The notes under the pieces: model-generated | What the model was told of the DNA's origin: nothing | The model's input: only the letters and a program-made list of their open reading frames with translations | The model's database searches: none | Shown: in pieces, positions 62,873 through 64,000 of the stretch | How the letters are laid out: each line of letters starts with the position of its first letter | Numbering within the stretch: the first letter of the stretch is position 1 | Source of the DNA: Eledone cirrhosa | Lineage: Eukaryota | Assembly: GCA_964016885.1 (NCBI GenBank) | Contig: OZ024746.1 | Location: 22,506,001-22,570,000, forward strand | Direction: 5' to 3' | Length of the DNA: 64,000 bases | Program-made: the position numbers and the translations under genes

Positions 62873-63668
62873 ATATATAATATTTGTATATAGCATATAT
62901 ATATATATATATATATGGATATATAATATTTGTATATAGCATATATATATATATATATATATATGGATATATAATATTTGTATATAGCATATATATATAT
63001 ATATATATGGATATATAATATTTGTATATAGCATATATATATATATATATATATGTGGATATATAATATTTGTATATAGCATATATATATATATATATAT
63101 GTGGATATATAATATTTGTATATAGCATATATGTATATATATATATGGATATATAATATTTGTATATAGCATATATATATATATATATATATGGATATAT
63201 AATATTTGTATATAGCATATATATATATATATGGATATATAATATTTGTATCTATATATATATATATATATATATGGATATATAATATTTGTATATAGCA
63301 TATATATATATATATGGATATATAATATTTGTATCTATATATATATATATATATATATGGATATATAATATTTGTATCTATATATATATATATATATATA
63401 TGGATATATAATATTTGTATCTATATATATATATATATATATATGAATATATAATGTTTGTATCTATATATATATATATATATATATGGATATATAATAT
63501 TTGTATCTATATATATATATATATATATATGAATATATAATGTTTGTATCTATATATATATATATATATATGGATATATAATATTTGTATCTATATATAT
63601 ATATATATATATGGATATATAATATTTGTAATATATGTTATATATATATAGTATATATATATATATAT
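62631..63668. repeat. TA-rich satellite, unit ggatatataatatttgtatatagc(at)n
   Basis: More than 20 visible tandem copies of variable length. Confidence 0.95.
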
Positions 63669-64000
63669 AAATATTGTGGCTAGTTCTTACAATGGCACCA
63701 CACCAGGTGTAAACATTTTGTTGGTCGTGAGGACTTACTTGTTCAACCTGTGCCGATGAAAATGAACCGGACAATCTAGCCTGGTATGGCGCTGTTGTAG
63801 TAACTGACCTTAATAATTATATTCAAACTTGCCCTACAGACTTGAGTTGCTCTCTACCTTGGACTTTTTACCTATCTACACTACTATATATATATATATA
63901 TATATATACGGGGCAACAAATAATAGTTAAATGCAGTCCACTTAGGTAAAGTCCAGTTATGGTATTCCAGGTAGTGGATGATATTAACGCTTGGCTTGGT

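Overview
AT-rich, repeat-dense eukaryotic DNA from an invertebrate, probably a coleoid cephalopod such as Octopus (inferred from repeat content only). One protein-coding gene is supported: ceramide glucosyltransferase (UGCG/GlcT, GT21) on the + strand. Eight coding exons run from 23246 to the stop at 47168, all with GT-AG boundaries and consistent phases, giving 358 aa. The exon encoding the N-terminal signal anchor was not found and probably lies upstream of the window. The rest is tRNA-derived SINEs, truncated RTE-type LINEs, TTAA-flanked piggyBac-type MITEs, mariner-type MITEs, minisatellites, a ~690 bp (CA)n and a ~10 kb compound (TA)n satellite. Most entries in the ORF track are microsatellite artefacts. 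The most notable feature is three sequence-unrelated, ORF-less fold-back elements (24286-24765, 44663-44990, 62243-62630) associated with (TA)n tracts. Each has an inverted arm, a spacer, a direct arm and a tail, and each arm carries a minimal type-I hammerhead ribozyme motif. Two elements have canonical CUGANGA...GAAA cores and one has a degenerate U3-A8 variant. This is Penelope-like pLTR architecture, and two of the three elements lie inside UGCG introns.
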